Shown: positions 22,180-31,000 of the stretch, piece by piece
Numbering within the stretch: the first letter of the stretch is position 1
Layout of the letters: the number at the start of each line of letters is the position of its first letter
Notes under the pieces: model-generated
Database searches by the model: none
The model's input: the letters and a program-made list of their open reading frames with translations, nothing else
Told to the model about the DNA's origin: nothing
Program-made: the position numbers and the translations under genes
From: a virus
IMG/VR virus record: IMGVR_UViG_3300050498_000023
Span: 1-47,596 of that record
Length of the DNA: 47,596 nt
Direction: 5' to 3' (one strand)

Positions 22180-22368
22180 ATGATTCACGATCAGATTGAA
22201 GATGAGGAAGTAGTCGAATCTCCTCGGGAAGAACCTCCTCAAGATGAGGATAGCAAAACCTTCGAGGATAAAGAGAAGGAAGATACTCTCGTCGAAGATG
22301 AAGATGACGACGAGTACGACGATGACGATGACGACGATGATGATGATGAAGTCGTCGAGGCTAACTGA
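22180..22368 (+). CDS. 62-aa poly-acidic protein
   Basis: MIHDQIEDEEVVESPREEPPQDEDSKTFEDKEKEDTLVEDEDDDEYDDDDDDDDDDEVVEAN. More than half the residues are Asp or Glu. Weak RBS. Confidence 0.5.
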   Translation: MIHDQIEDEEVVESPREEPPQDEDSKTFEDKEKEDTLVEDEDDDEYDDDDDDDDDDEVVEAN

Positions 22369-22492
22369 TATTCACTAAGATAGATTACTGTCTCGCCCAG
22401 AGTAACCAGTAATTTGTCTGGTGATAGGGGGCGCATCCAATACCACAATTCGGTGGGTTACGGGTGCGCCCTCGCACGATTGAGGAAGGCAA

Positions 22493-22774
22493 ATGACTGA
22501 CTCAGTTAAAATAATTGGACGTATCATCAAGGTCAGTAAACAAGGGTGGGGATTCATCTCGTCACGCGAGATTGAGTTTACTCGTATCTTCTTTCACTGG
22601 ACCTCACTCAGACAAGATACGATTCCATTCTTAGAACTTAAGACTGGAATGATGGTGGAGTTTACTCCGCTGAAAATCGAGGGTAAAGGGCACAGAGCCA
22701 TCCACATCCGAGTAATCGAAAAGAAGAAAGAAGAACCAAATGATAACCCGGATCAAATGCCCGTATTGTCATAA
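22493..22774 (+). CDS. Cold-shock-domain (OB-fold) like protein
   Basis: GRIIKVSKQGWGFISS...IFFHWTSL...GMMVEF matches the CspA pattern (G.V.W....GFGFI ... VF.H.S.I ... G..V.F). RBS gaggaagg. Confidence 0.5.
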   Translation: MTDSVKIIGRIIKVSKQGWGFISSREIEFTRIFFHWTSLRQDTIPFLELKTGMMVEFTPLKIEGKGHRAIHIRVIEKKKEEPNDNPDQMPVLS

Positions 22775-22949
22775 CGAAGATGAAACACTGCTAGACCAAA
22801 TCACCATCGAGATTTACTTCTGTAACTGTTGCTCAAAGACGTTCGCGCCCAAGATACTGGAGAATTATGACTCAACACGAAAAGGTCAAGAGAGTAGCGC
22901 AGATACTAAAGGAAAGATTCCCGAACCTCACCGTCGCCGAAACTATTGA
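22740..22949 (+). CDS. Zinc-ribbon protein (C-terminal extent uncertain)
   Basis: CPYCHNEDE...CNCC. The last 30 or so codons overlap a better-looking ORF in another frame (22867..22986). Confidence 0.4.
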   Translation: MITRIKCPYCHNEDETLLDQITIEIYFCNCCSKTFAPKILENYDSTRKGQESSADTKGKIPEPHRRRNY

Positions 22950-22986
22950 CATTGCGTTCAAGATTGTGGAGGCGCTCGATGAATAG
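22867..22986 (+). CDS. 39-aa helical protein; not on the ORF track
   Basis: ggagaatt-ATG. Sequence MTQHEKVKRVAQILKERFPNLTVAETIDIAFKIVEALDE. The stop overlaps the next ATG. Confidence 0.4.
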   Translation: MTQHEKVKRVAQILKERFPNLTVAETIDIAFKIVEALDE

Positions 22987-23179
22987 CTACCACAAAGAAC
23001 TGCTGCTGGAAATAATCCACACTGAGTGGGATGATAACCAACTGGATACCTACATTCACAATCAGGAGTTGAGACTGGAGAATACGAAGGAATTAATCAG
23101 AGAGTTGAGACAGATACGCAGGAAGCGGAATAAGAGGAGACAGAAGCCTCTAGATACGGGGGTGCGTGATGGCAGGTAA
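22979..23179 (+). CDS. 66-aa basic hypothetical protein
   Basis: I prefer the ATG at 22979, with GGAGG 6 nt upstream, to the track's TTG at 22946. Confidence 0.45.
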   Translation: MNSYHKELLLEIIHTEWDDNQLDTYIHNQELRLENTKELIRELRQIRRKRNKRRQKPLDTGVRDGR

Positions 23180-23363
23180 AATCTATTTCCTCGACCCAAC
23201 CATGGGGAGGAATGAAGTAAGAGTAATTAAATCCCCCATTGAAATATTGGGTTTCAATATAAAGAATAAAACCGGGGAGGATTTATTTATTGAAGTTAAG
23301 CGTCAGTCTGGATTCGTAGCTCCGGGCGAAAGTGACATAGAAGAATTGATCATAAGAAAATGA
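23169..23363 (+). CDS. 64-aa hypothetical protein
   Basis: ATG 23169 (the track lists GTG 23166). Confidence 0.45.
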   Translation: MAGKIYFLDPTMGRNEVRVIKSPIEILGFNIKNKTGEDLFIEVKRQSGFVAPGESDIEELIIRK

Positions 23364-23476
23364 CTATAAGGGAACGCATTCACTACAATCGACTCAGCCG
23401 CATCCATGATGAGGGCCAGAGTCCGATATACGCATGGATCATGTCTATCGTCGATGAGGTATTCAGACATGGCTGA
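23360..23476 (+). CDS. 38-aa hypothetical protein; not on the ORF track
   Basis: ATGA coupling to the upstream gene. Sequence MTIRERIHYNRLSRIHDEGQSPIYAWIMSIVDEVFRHG. Its end overlaps the next ATG by 8 nt. Confidence 0.35.
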   Translation: MTIRERIHYNRLSRIHDEGQSPIYAWIMSIVDEVFRHG

Positions 23477-23639
23477 CCTTTATCTAATTCCTCGAAGTGT
23501 TCCATGTGAGAAATGTGGAGTGAAGATAAGAACTTTAGAGTTACTAGCAAAAAAAGTCTGTCCTGTGTGTAAAGCAGAACAGAATGAGGAAAATTACGGG
23601 AAATACTTCGGCGTGATTAGAGGTGTTAAGAATGACTAA
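23469..23639 (+). CDS. 56-aa zinc-ribbon protein
   Basis: MADLYLIPRSVPCEKCG...CPVCK. The ATG at 23469 has gagg 8 nt upstream; the track start at 23406 is probably too long. Confidence 0.5.
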   Translation: MADLYLIPRSVPCEKCGVKIRTLELLAKKVCPVCKAEQNEENYGKYFGVIRGVKND

Positions 23640-24178
23640 TCACAAATACGTACCAGGAATGGGAGCAGTTGGTGCGCGCTTAATGATACTAGGCGAAGCA
23701 CCCGGACGTGAAGAAACTGCTTCTGGTAAACCCTTCGTCGGTGCTAGTGGTCGTGAACTAGACCGCATACTAATCGATGCAGGCATGAGACGTAGTGACT
23801 GCTGGATAAGTAACGTCTGCAAATACGAGGTTCCTCCAAATGAGTTTCGCAAGAAACTCCCTTTTCACATACGCGCGCGTAATGCCGGCATCGACATGGA
23901 CCAGCAGTTAGCAGAACTGCAAACAGAAATCAATGACATTAAACCTAACTGCATACTCGCTCTCGGTGGTACTGCTCTATGGGCACTGTCCGGAAAAACT
24001 AAAATTTCGATGCACAGAGGCTCTATCATGTGGGGTATGGGCCACAAGTTTGTTCCTACCTATCATCCCGCGCATCTTTTACATAGTGCTGCGGGTGGAG
24101 AAATCAAGGGTTATTGGAACCGACAAGTAATGATATTCGACTTCAAGCGTGCATACCAAGAGAGTCAATCACCTCAGC
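23632..24178 (+). other. UDG family 4/5-like domain of the polymerase
   Basis: LGEAPGREETASGKPFVGASGRELDRIL and the VPTYHPAHLL motifs. The N-terminal Cys pair of Fe-S UDGs is absent. Confidence 0.7.
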
Positions 24179-26169
24179 TTGAGTTGCCACAACGCGCACT
24201 ACAGATATGCAGGAACTCTGGAGAATTTTACGAGTTCCTAAATCGCTATTCAATGTGCGCCAAACTATCCGTGGATATCGAGGCGGGTGGTTCATGCCTG
24301 CCAATTTGTGTCGGACTGTCATTCGATAAAAGACATGGCATGACAATTCCATTGTGGAATCGTGGTGGTATTTCCACAATACCAGATAGTGACCTTGCTA
24401 CCATCTGGGTTATGCTAGCCAAGGTGCTGTGGGAGAAGAAAATTGTCGGACAAAATTTCAATTACGACAGGGACAAACTTCGTAGACTTGGTTTTGCCAT
24501 CCAACGTATCCACTCTGATACATTACTCAAGGCATTTGCTATTAACCCTGAACTCCCAAAAGGGCTTGCATTCCTTACATCTATCTATACCCGAGAACCC
24601 TACTACAAAGACGAAGGTATGTATGAGGGGGAACTTAGAGATTTATTCTTGGGGTGCGCGCGTGATAGTTGTGTCACGCTCGAAATAGAAGAAGCGATGG
24701 ATGAGGATATAGACGAGTTAGGAGTGCGGAAGTTCTACGAGAATTTCTTGATGGAATTGCCTGACTTCTATCTCGAAATCGAGAATAACGGATTCTGCGT
24801 GAATGAATCGAAGCGATATGAACTGCTCGACAAGTATATCGAGTGGGACAATCGACTGCGATACGAGATGTTTAAGCTCGCTGGTGGTAGTGATGTGAAT
24901 GTCAATTCACCACTCCAGGTCCACGAACTGCTGTTTGACGTATGGAAACTCCCGCATCGACATGGTACTGGTGAAGAAGAACTTACTGCACTTCTAAACC
25001 TGAAGCATGGCGTGAAGTTTCCTCAGCACAGGGAATGGATAGAGAAGTGTCTGGAACGCCGACGAGTAAGGAAAACTATATCTACCTACTTGATGGCAAT
25101 TCCTGATTTCGATGGTAAGATGAAAACTACCTGTTTCATGTGCCTCGAAACTGGGCGCACTTCTACCGGCCAACAAGACCCTCCCATCAGACCGCTAGTA
25201 GACATCGTAGGTAAAGGTAACAAGAAAGACATGAAGGTCATGGGTACAGCATTTCAGACCATGACTAAACACGGTGATATCGGCAGCGACATACGTTCGA
25301 TGTATGAGCCTGAACCGGGTTACATCTTCGTCCAACTAGACAGTCAGCAGGCTGAGGCGCGCGTAGTATTCAACCTCGCCACAGATGAGCAAGCGTTAAA
25401 GGACATAGACGAACATGATTACCACGCTCTTACTGCTAGTTGGTTTTTTGGCGGTATCGAATCTGATTACTCTAAGAAAGTACTCGGATATGAAAGCCCG
25501 ATTAGATTTGCTGGTAAGACTCTCCGCCACGCAGGACATCTCGACGCTGGAGCACGACGCGCAGCTACAGAACTCAATACACAGGCTAGAAAATACAAAA
25601 TCCCCATCACTATCCATGAGGGGCAGGCCGAACGTGCATTAAAGATATTCCACGCCAAACAGCCCAAGATTCGACAGGTGTTTCACCACGACGTACTCGA
25701 ATGTATCAAAGAAAATCGGCGCTTAATTGCGCCTTTACCTTGGGGGATCGATGCCGAACGAGGTGGTGTTCGTATATTCTATGAACGATGGGGTGACGAC
25801 CTATTTCGAGAGGGACTTGCCTATCTTCCACAACGAGCTGTCACTGATAATACCAAAGCGGCTGGTATTAGAATTAAGAGAGGATTCCGAGAGGCGAAAA
25901 TCATTCTTGAAGCACATGACGCACTTCTTTTTGCAGTGCGAATCGAGTATCTCGACGACTTTATCCCTCTAGCTAAGAAGGAGATGGAGCGTCCCATCAA
26001 TTTCTTGGCCTGTTCACTACCCCGAAGATTCCTCAAAATTCCTTGTGACGTGGAAGTAGGCGAGAACTATCGTGACTTGAAGAACTTCAAATTTCCTGAT
26101 AAGGTAGTAGAGCAACACAAGTTCGTGATGCCTAAAACAATAACTGAGCAATTTCTAGTACAGGAGTAG
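23632..26169 (+). CDS. Family A DNA polymerase with an N-terminal UDG-family-4-like domain and a 3'-5' exonuclease
   Basis: Exo I SVDIEAGG and Exo II GQNFNYDRDKL. Pol motif A is LDSQQAEARV, motif B region RFAGKTLRHAGH, and motif C EAHDALLF. The ATG at 23632 follows gaggtg. Confidence 0.85.
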   Translation: MTNHKYVPGMGAVGARLMILGEAPGREETASGKPFVGASGRELDRILIDAGMRRSDCWISNVCKYEVPPNEFRKKLPFHIRARNAGIDMDQQLAELQTEINDIKPNCILALGGTALWALSGKTKISMHRGSIMWGMGHKFVPTYHPAHLLHSAAGGEIKGYWNRQVMIFDFKRAYQESQSPQLELPQRALQICRNSGEFYEFLNRYSMCAKLSVDIEAGGSCLPICVGLSFDKRHGMTIPLWNRGGISTIPDSDLATIWVMLAKVLWEKKIVGQNFNYDRDKLRRLGFAIQRIHSDTLLKAFAINPELPKGLAFLTSIYTREPYYKDEGMYEGELRDLFLGCARDSCVTLEIEEAMDEDIDELGVRKFYENFLMELPDFYLEIENNGFCVNESKRYELLDKYIEWDNRLRYEMFKLAGGSDVNVNSPLQVHELLFDVWKLPHRHGTGEEELTALLNLKHGVKFPQHREWIEKCLERRRVRKTISTYLMAIPDFDGKMKTTCFMCLETGRTSTGQQDPPIRPLVDIVGKGNKKDMKVMGTAFQTMTKHGDIGSDIRSMYEPEPGYIFVQLDSQQAEARVVFNLATDEQALKDIDEHDYHALTASWFFGGIESDYSKKVLGYESPIRFAGKTLRHAGHLDAGARRAATELNTQARKYKIPITIHEGQAERALKIFHAKQPKIRQVFHHDVLECIKENRRLIAPLPWGIDAERGGVRIFYERWGDDLFREGLAYLPQRAVTDNTKAAGIRIKRGFREAKIILEAHDALLFAVRIEYLDDFIPLAKKEMERPINFLACSLPRRFLKIPCDVEVGENYRDLKNFKFPDKVVEQHKFVMPKTITEQFLVQE

Positions 26170-26173
26170 GAAA

Positions 26174-27451
26174 TTGACATGGCTGGACAAACTACTCTCC
26201 CAACACTCCGAGCTAGAGTCACCGACCAATTTCTGGTTATGGGGTGGAATGGCTGCAATATCAGCGGTGGTAAAGGACAATGTTTGGATAAATAGACAGA
26301 TTTACAACTTGTATCCGAATATCTACGTGATGTTCCATGCTGAGTCTGGACTGAAGAAAGGCCCACCTATAAGCATGGCGAAACAATTGGTGCGCGGTGT
26401 GAATAACACCCGTATCATCAGCGGGCGTAGCTCTATTCAAGGAATACTGAAGGAACTTGGTACTGCACAGACTCAACCGGGCGGTAAGGTGAATGCTAAG
26501 AGTACTGCGTTCATCTGTAGTAGTGAATTGACCAGCTCGCTAGTAGAGGACAAGGTAGCGACGGACATTCTGACCGACTTGTATGACAGACAATACAATA
26601 TAGGTGAATGGCGGTCGCTGCTAAAGATGGAACAGTTCAATCTAAAAGACCCAACTATTACTATGTTGACTGCGACTAATGACGCGCACTCAACTGACTT
26701 CTTCGGAAAGAAGGACATACATGGAGGATACTTTGCACGGACATTCATTATCTCGGAAAGCAAAAGACACAGAGCTAATTCACTTTCTGTCCCACTCACA
26801 AATCCCCCTAAGCTGGCAGAAGCAACTGAATACCTCAAAATCCTCGGCAAGTTACAGGGACCGTTCAAAGCGTTGGCGAGTAAAGAACAGACGGAGGAGT
26901 TCAAGTACCCGCACAAGGACTCAACTACAGGTGAAGTGAACTACTTCACATCAGCGGGGCTAATCTATGAGCAGTGGTACGATGATTTCATAGACCAGAT
27001 GCAGACTCAGGAATTGAGTGATGACACAGGCACATTGAATCGATTCGGTGATTCAATACTGAAGGTAGCGATGCTGCTATCTCTATCACGCAGTCCTGAG
27101 CTAGTAATAGATGACGAGTCAATGCGACTTGCTATCAACTATTCGGAACGGTTAATTGGTAACGTCCGATACATGACTCAGGGGAAGAAGGGACTGAGTG
27201 AAGCGAAAGGAATTAAGAAGCTGATAATAGATGAACTCTACTCAAGAGAATCGCATCAAATCTCCCGTCCTATGCTATTGAAGAAAATGTGGTCGCATTA
27301 CAGAGATGTAACCGAACTAGATGAAATCATGCTATCCTTCGACCAATCTGGCATGATTAAAATCGAGACTATCGGTAACAATATCATCTATGTAATGACA
27401 GACAGACAAGTTCAGGAATACAAACGGTATTACGCAGGGAAGAACAGATGA
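26174..27451 (+). CDS. DUF3987-like (YfjI-type putative helicase) protein with a degenerate P-loop
   Basis: TTG start 6 nt after AGGAG. LYPNIYVMFHAESGLKKGPPISMA aligns with the usual LYvllvGpsGsGKS region, but the Walker A Lys-Ser/Thr pair is lost. Confidence 0.45.
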   Translation: MTWLDKLLSQHSELESPTNFWLWGGMAAISAVVKDNVWINRQIYNLYPNIYVMFHAESGLKKGPPISMAKQLVRGVNNTRIISGRSSIQGILKELGTAQTQPGGKVNAKSTAFICSSELTSSLVEDKVATDILTDLYDRQYNIGEWRSLLKMEQFNLKDPTITMLTATNDAHSTDFFGKKDIHGGYFARTFIISESKRHRANSLSVPLTNPPKLAEATEYLKILGKLQGPFKALASKEQTEEFKYPHKDSTTGEVNYFTSAGLIYEQWYDDFIDQMQTQELSDDTGTLNRFGDSILKVAMLLSLSRSPELVIDDESMRLAINYSERLIGNVRYMTQGKKGLSEAKGIKKLIIDELYSRESHQISRPMLLKKMWSHYRDVTELDEIMLSFDQSGMIKIETIGNNIIYVMTDRQVQEYKRYYAGKNR

Positions 27452-27666
27452 CACCAATAGATGCTAACGGAGAGGTAATAGAAGAATTAAAAGCTGAAAT
27501 TAAGCGGCTCACTGAGGCGCTCCAGACGGCGCATGAGGCAATGCAGAGGGTATTGACGTTGCCACGCCCGCATGGAGATTACGGTAGTTCGACTTGGGAA
27601 CAGTGGGACGCGGTACAGACACAGATTGAGGAGGCCCTACGCACCGCAGGGGAGAGAAAGAAATGA
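27448..27666 (+). CDS. 72-aa hypothetical helical protein
   Basis: ATGA overlap with the upstream gene. Confidence 0.5.
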   Translation: MTPIDANGEVIEELKAEIKRLTEALQTAHEAMQRVLTLPRPHGDYGSSTWEQWDAVQTQIEEALRTAGERKK

Positions 27667-27866
27667 TAATTCCAATACCAACACACATCGAATATGAAGC
27701 TGAACCAATTGAAGGACAGGACTACAAGTGGATTCAGTGGTATTGGAACTGTCCACCTTGGAGATGTATATGCGGGCACACGATGTTCGGACGTATGCCC
27801 CACTGTATACACTGCAAACAACCAAGACCTACGGAGGAATTTAATGCCACTCAGTCCAGTATTTGA
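27663..27866 (+). CDS. 67-aa zinc-ribbon protein
   Basis: ATGA overlap; CICGH...CIHCKQ. Confidence 0.5.
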   Translation: MIIPIPTHIEYEAEPIEGQDYKWIQWYWNCPPWRCICGHTMFGRMPHCIHCKQPRPTEEFNATQSSI

Positions 27867-28038
27867 AGTGAAACTCGTACCCAAATCTTCTGAGGCATCG
27901 ATTGTCTACATCATCGTGCGCGTAGATGATTCGATAAACCTCGATAATTCAGATAAACTTTTGGATTTCATGGAAGCTCAATTCCCAATGTATCGGGTGG
28001 AACATATCATCGCTGGATACAAGAAAACTGACCCTTAG
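27844..28038 (+). CDS. 64-aa hypothetical protein, last gene of the rightward arm
   Basis: The ATG at 27844 follows ggagga. The longer track ORF (from 27694) would overlap the previous gene. Confidence 0.45.
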   Translation: MPLSPVFEVKLVPKSSEASIVYIIVRVDDSINLDNSDKLLDFMEAQFPMYRVEHIIAGYKKTDP

Positions 28039-31000
28039 AATGGAGAACCACCCTTAAATTGCAGGTCAGATCCACGAGGAATGAATACACTTTCCTCTTG
28101 ACCTCTCTTGTATGTCTGTGAACCCATCCCTACAGCAGTTGCAGGAATAACCACTGGAAGTAGGGCTGGGTTTTCTTTAGCTAGTTCTATCACATCTCCT
28201 ATAATCATGGGAACAAACATCTGCACCATACGGTCACCCACATATGTAGGTCTTTGTTTGGACGCATATGCTAGGTCATAAGCGAAACTCGCTACAGGAT
28301 TCAGTTTGTTTGAGATGAATCTTTGTGCGATTTCACCTCTAGTTGGTGCAGGGAAATCTGCTCCTGTTTCATACCGTTTTCCTGATGTCTTAGTTCTGCC
28401 CGTGAGTAAGCGATAACCCGCAACGATGTATTGCTGGAACCCACCAGCAGGGTCTATGCGCGTATCACCAATTCTAATCTTACCAAAGTCTGCACTATCT
28501 GGATCTAATGATACGGCTGCTCCTGCCATACTTGCCAATCCCGCCATACCTGCCCACGCGCTCGTAGTAGCCAGAGCAGATTTCAGATACTGCTTTCTGA
28601 CAAGCGGAGGTGCCATGATGTACGTAGCAGGATTCAACATCTGGAATCGTGATGCCATAAGACGTGGTGCAAAGAAGATATCCGCCATTACCTTCGCACT
28701 CTGCTCAAATCGTCCCAAATCACCACGTCCAGTTGCTGTATTTATGTAATCTCCAATCGCCTTAGTTAGTGGTAGATCCTTCAGTGGATGTAGTCCCATG
28801 TCCTTAGCAGATTCAAGTATAGCTTTGAACGAATCTGCGCGTAGTGAATTCAGGTATGCTGTGTATGCGCGGTTAGTCCTACGCACACCGGGAACATACT
28901 TCTCAATTGCCCCACCAATTGTATTCTCCTCTCGTCCAGTTATCTTATCATTCACATCAGTAAGTCTTATCCCTGCTTCTTCAGCTTGTGACTTCCCGAA
29001 CTTTCCCGTCATAGGGTCAAAAGGTCTAGTGAATTCAGGACGCGCTTTAATCTCAGCCATTATCTGGTTATATGCACCCTCACTTCCCAACGATTGCAAC
29101 ATAGGTTTCCATGAAGTCCACCACTGTTTGGTGTGTATCATGGGAAGTCCCTGTCTAAATGGTGCAGACAAGTCCCACGTTGCCATTAGCCCGCGTGGTG
29201 CATGATACAATTGTCTTGCTATACTTTCTTTTACTGGTTTCTTTCCTCCTCCGGGAAGAACTCCTTTTCCATTAGGCTGATTACCTCCAGGAATTCCTGG
29301 CGATCCCGCTCGGGCCAAGAGAGGGCTTTCTGCTTGTCTAGAGAGAATATCGACTTTAGACTCTCCGCGCCCCCGTGCTTGAGTGTATTCCCGTACGAGG
29401 TTCGGTATCTCTGCAACATAATTTCCTGTTGGTCCGGTGATAGCTTTGAGTACTTTAGCAACATATGCCTCCGTATCTGGAAAGCGCGTGTCTAATTGAG
29501 AAAACGCCCAAGTAAATCCACCTCCCTCATCTCGAACTAGATTATGATTAAACTCATGTTTGACTATATGCACAAATCTACGTGCAGCTTCGGCAGGTGT
29601 TAAATCTCGCACTCCACCCGTAAAACCAGAGCGGAATGAGTCCATCGGATTTACTAAGATAGCAAATTTCTGAGCGTTAGTCGGTGAACTTGGATCAGAT
29701 ATATTAATTCCGCCTTGACCTTCATCTGCAATTCTATAACCAAATTTTCCTGTTGTTCCTTTAAGTTCAGCAGGAGTAAAGTAAGTAGCTAAATCGTCCA
29801 ACAGCTCTTTCATAATCCCACCCATCTTTTTAAGGGTAGGACTATTGACAACTCTAGCTAATTCTTCAGGTGTATATTTTGAACCTGAATCTAGAACTAC
29901 ATGACGATTACTAGACTCGGGTCGTAAACTGTTGTAAACTTGTTGAATTTCTCCTAAATATTTAGCTCTAGCAGGAGCAACAATATTATCCTTAACCCAT
30001 TGCTGAAGTTCTGTACTAACACTCTGATTAATTCCCTCACGATTAGCTGGAAATGGATAGTCAGTATGACCTTCTGGTACCTTAGTATTAATGTCAAATA
30101 CAACTCTACTGGGAATATGAGGAATTCCATAACGTGATACGTTCATTCTAGTAGAATGATAAAATGTTCCATTATTTAAGTAAATAAGAGTAATTTGTGA
30201 ACGCTCCTTATCGTCTAGATTAAAGCGAACCGCAGTATCATTACTTGGAGTTACTATAGTATCAACATGAGCAGGTGCGGCTGCTGATTCAAATCTATTG
30301 AAATTAGCACGACGATCATATGCTGAAAGTCCTTGTTCTCCCTTATTAATAAATTTATTAGCCTCCGATCTAGGATCTGTTGTATCTTCTGTCAACCAAT
30401 TCTCATAAGATTCAATGTTCTTCACTCCAGTACTATTTTCACTAACTACTTGCAGCAATTGTTTTGCATTATCAAAGTATTTATCCCGTCCAAAGAACAC
30501 TTCCACACGCAATCCAGTAGGCTTGTCATAGTGTACATTATAAGGATCATCCAATACTTCACGACTCAGGGGTACACCTACTTCCTGATTCACAAACTGT
30601 TCTGGAGTACCCTCAAATGTATACCTAACTTTATCTCCACCTTCCATTACAATGGATTCAACTCGCATGTGCTCACCACCTAAAAATGGAGCAGCTTTTG
30701 CGAATCCAAATCCACCAGCAGCACCCTGTATGTGCCTCTTACCACTCTTACCTACGTCAGAAAATTCATTATACAGTTGACTTTCATTCATTCCTCGACC
30801 AAAGTCTTGGAATACAATAGATTTTTGAGCTACTTTCGTTACAGGATTAAGAGAAGCATTCGAGAATATAACTCTAACTGGATTCTGAATACCAGCAATC
30901 TTCATCTCATCCATAATATTCTGCATTAATTCTTGAATCAATACAGAAGGTCTATCCCTAGTATATAGACTCTGACCAAGTTGTCTAATAACTTGGGGAT

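Noticed and set aside
22369-22492. Possible small structured RNA between the acidic-protein gene and the CSD gene (GGGCGCA...TGCGCCC with inner CCAC/GTGG)
   Set aside because: It has only a 7-bp outer and a 4-bp inner helix with a large loop, no flanking promoter or terminator signals, and nothing to distinguish it from chance pairing. Not reported as a feature.
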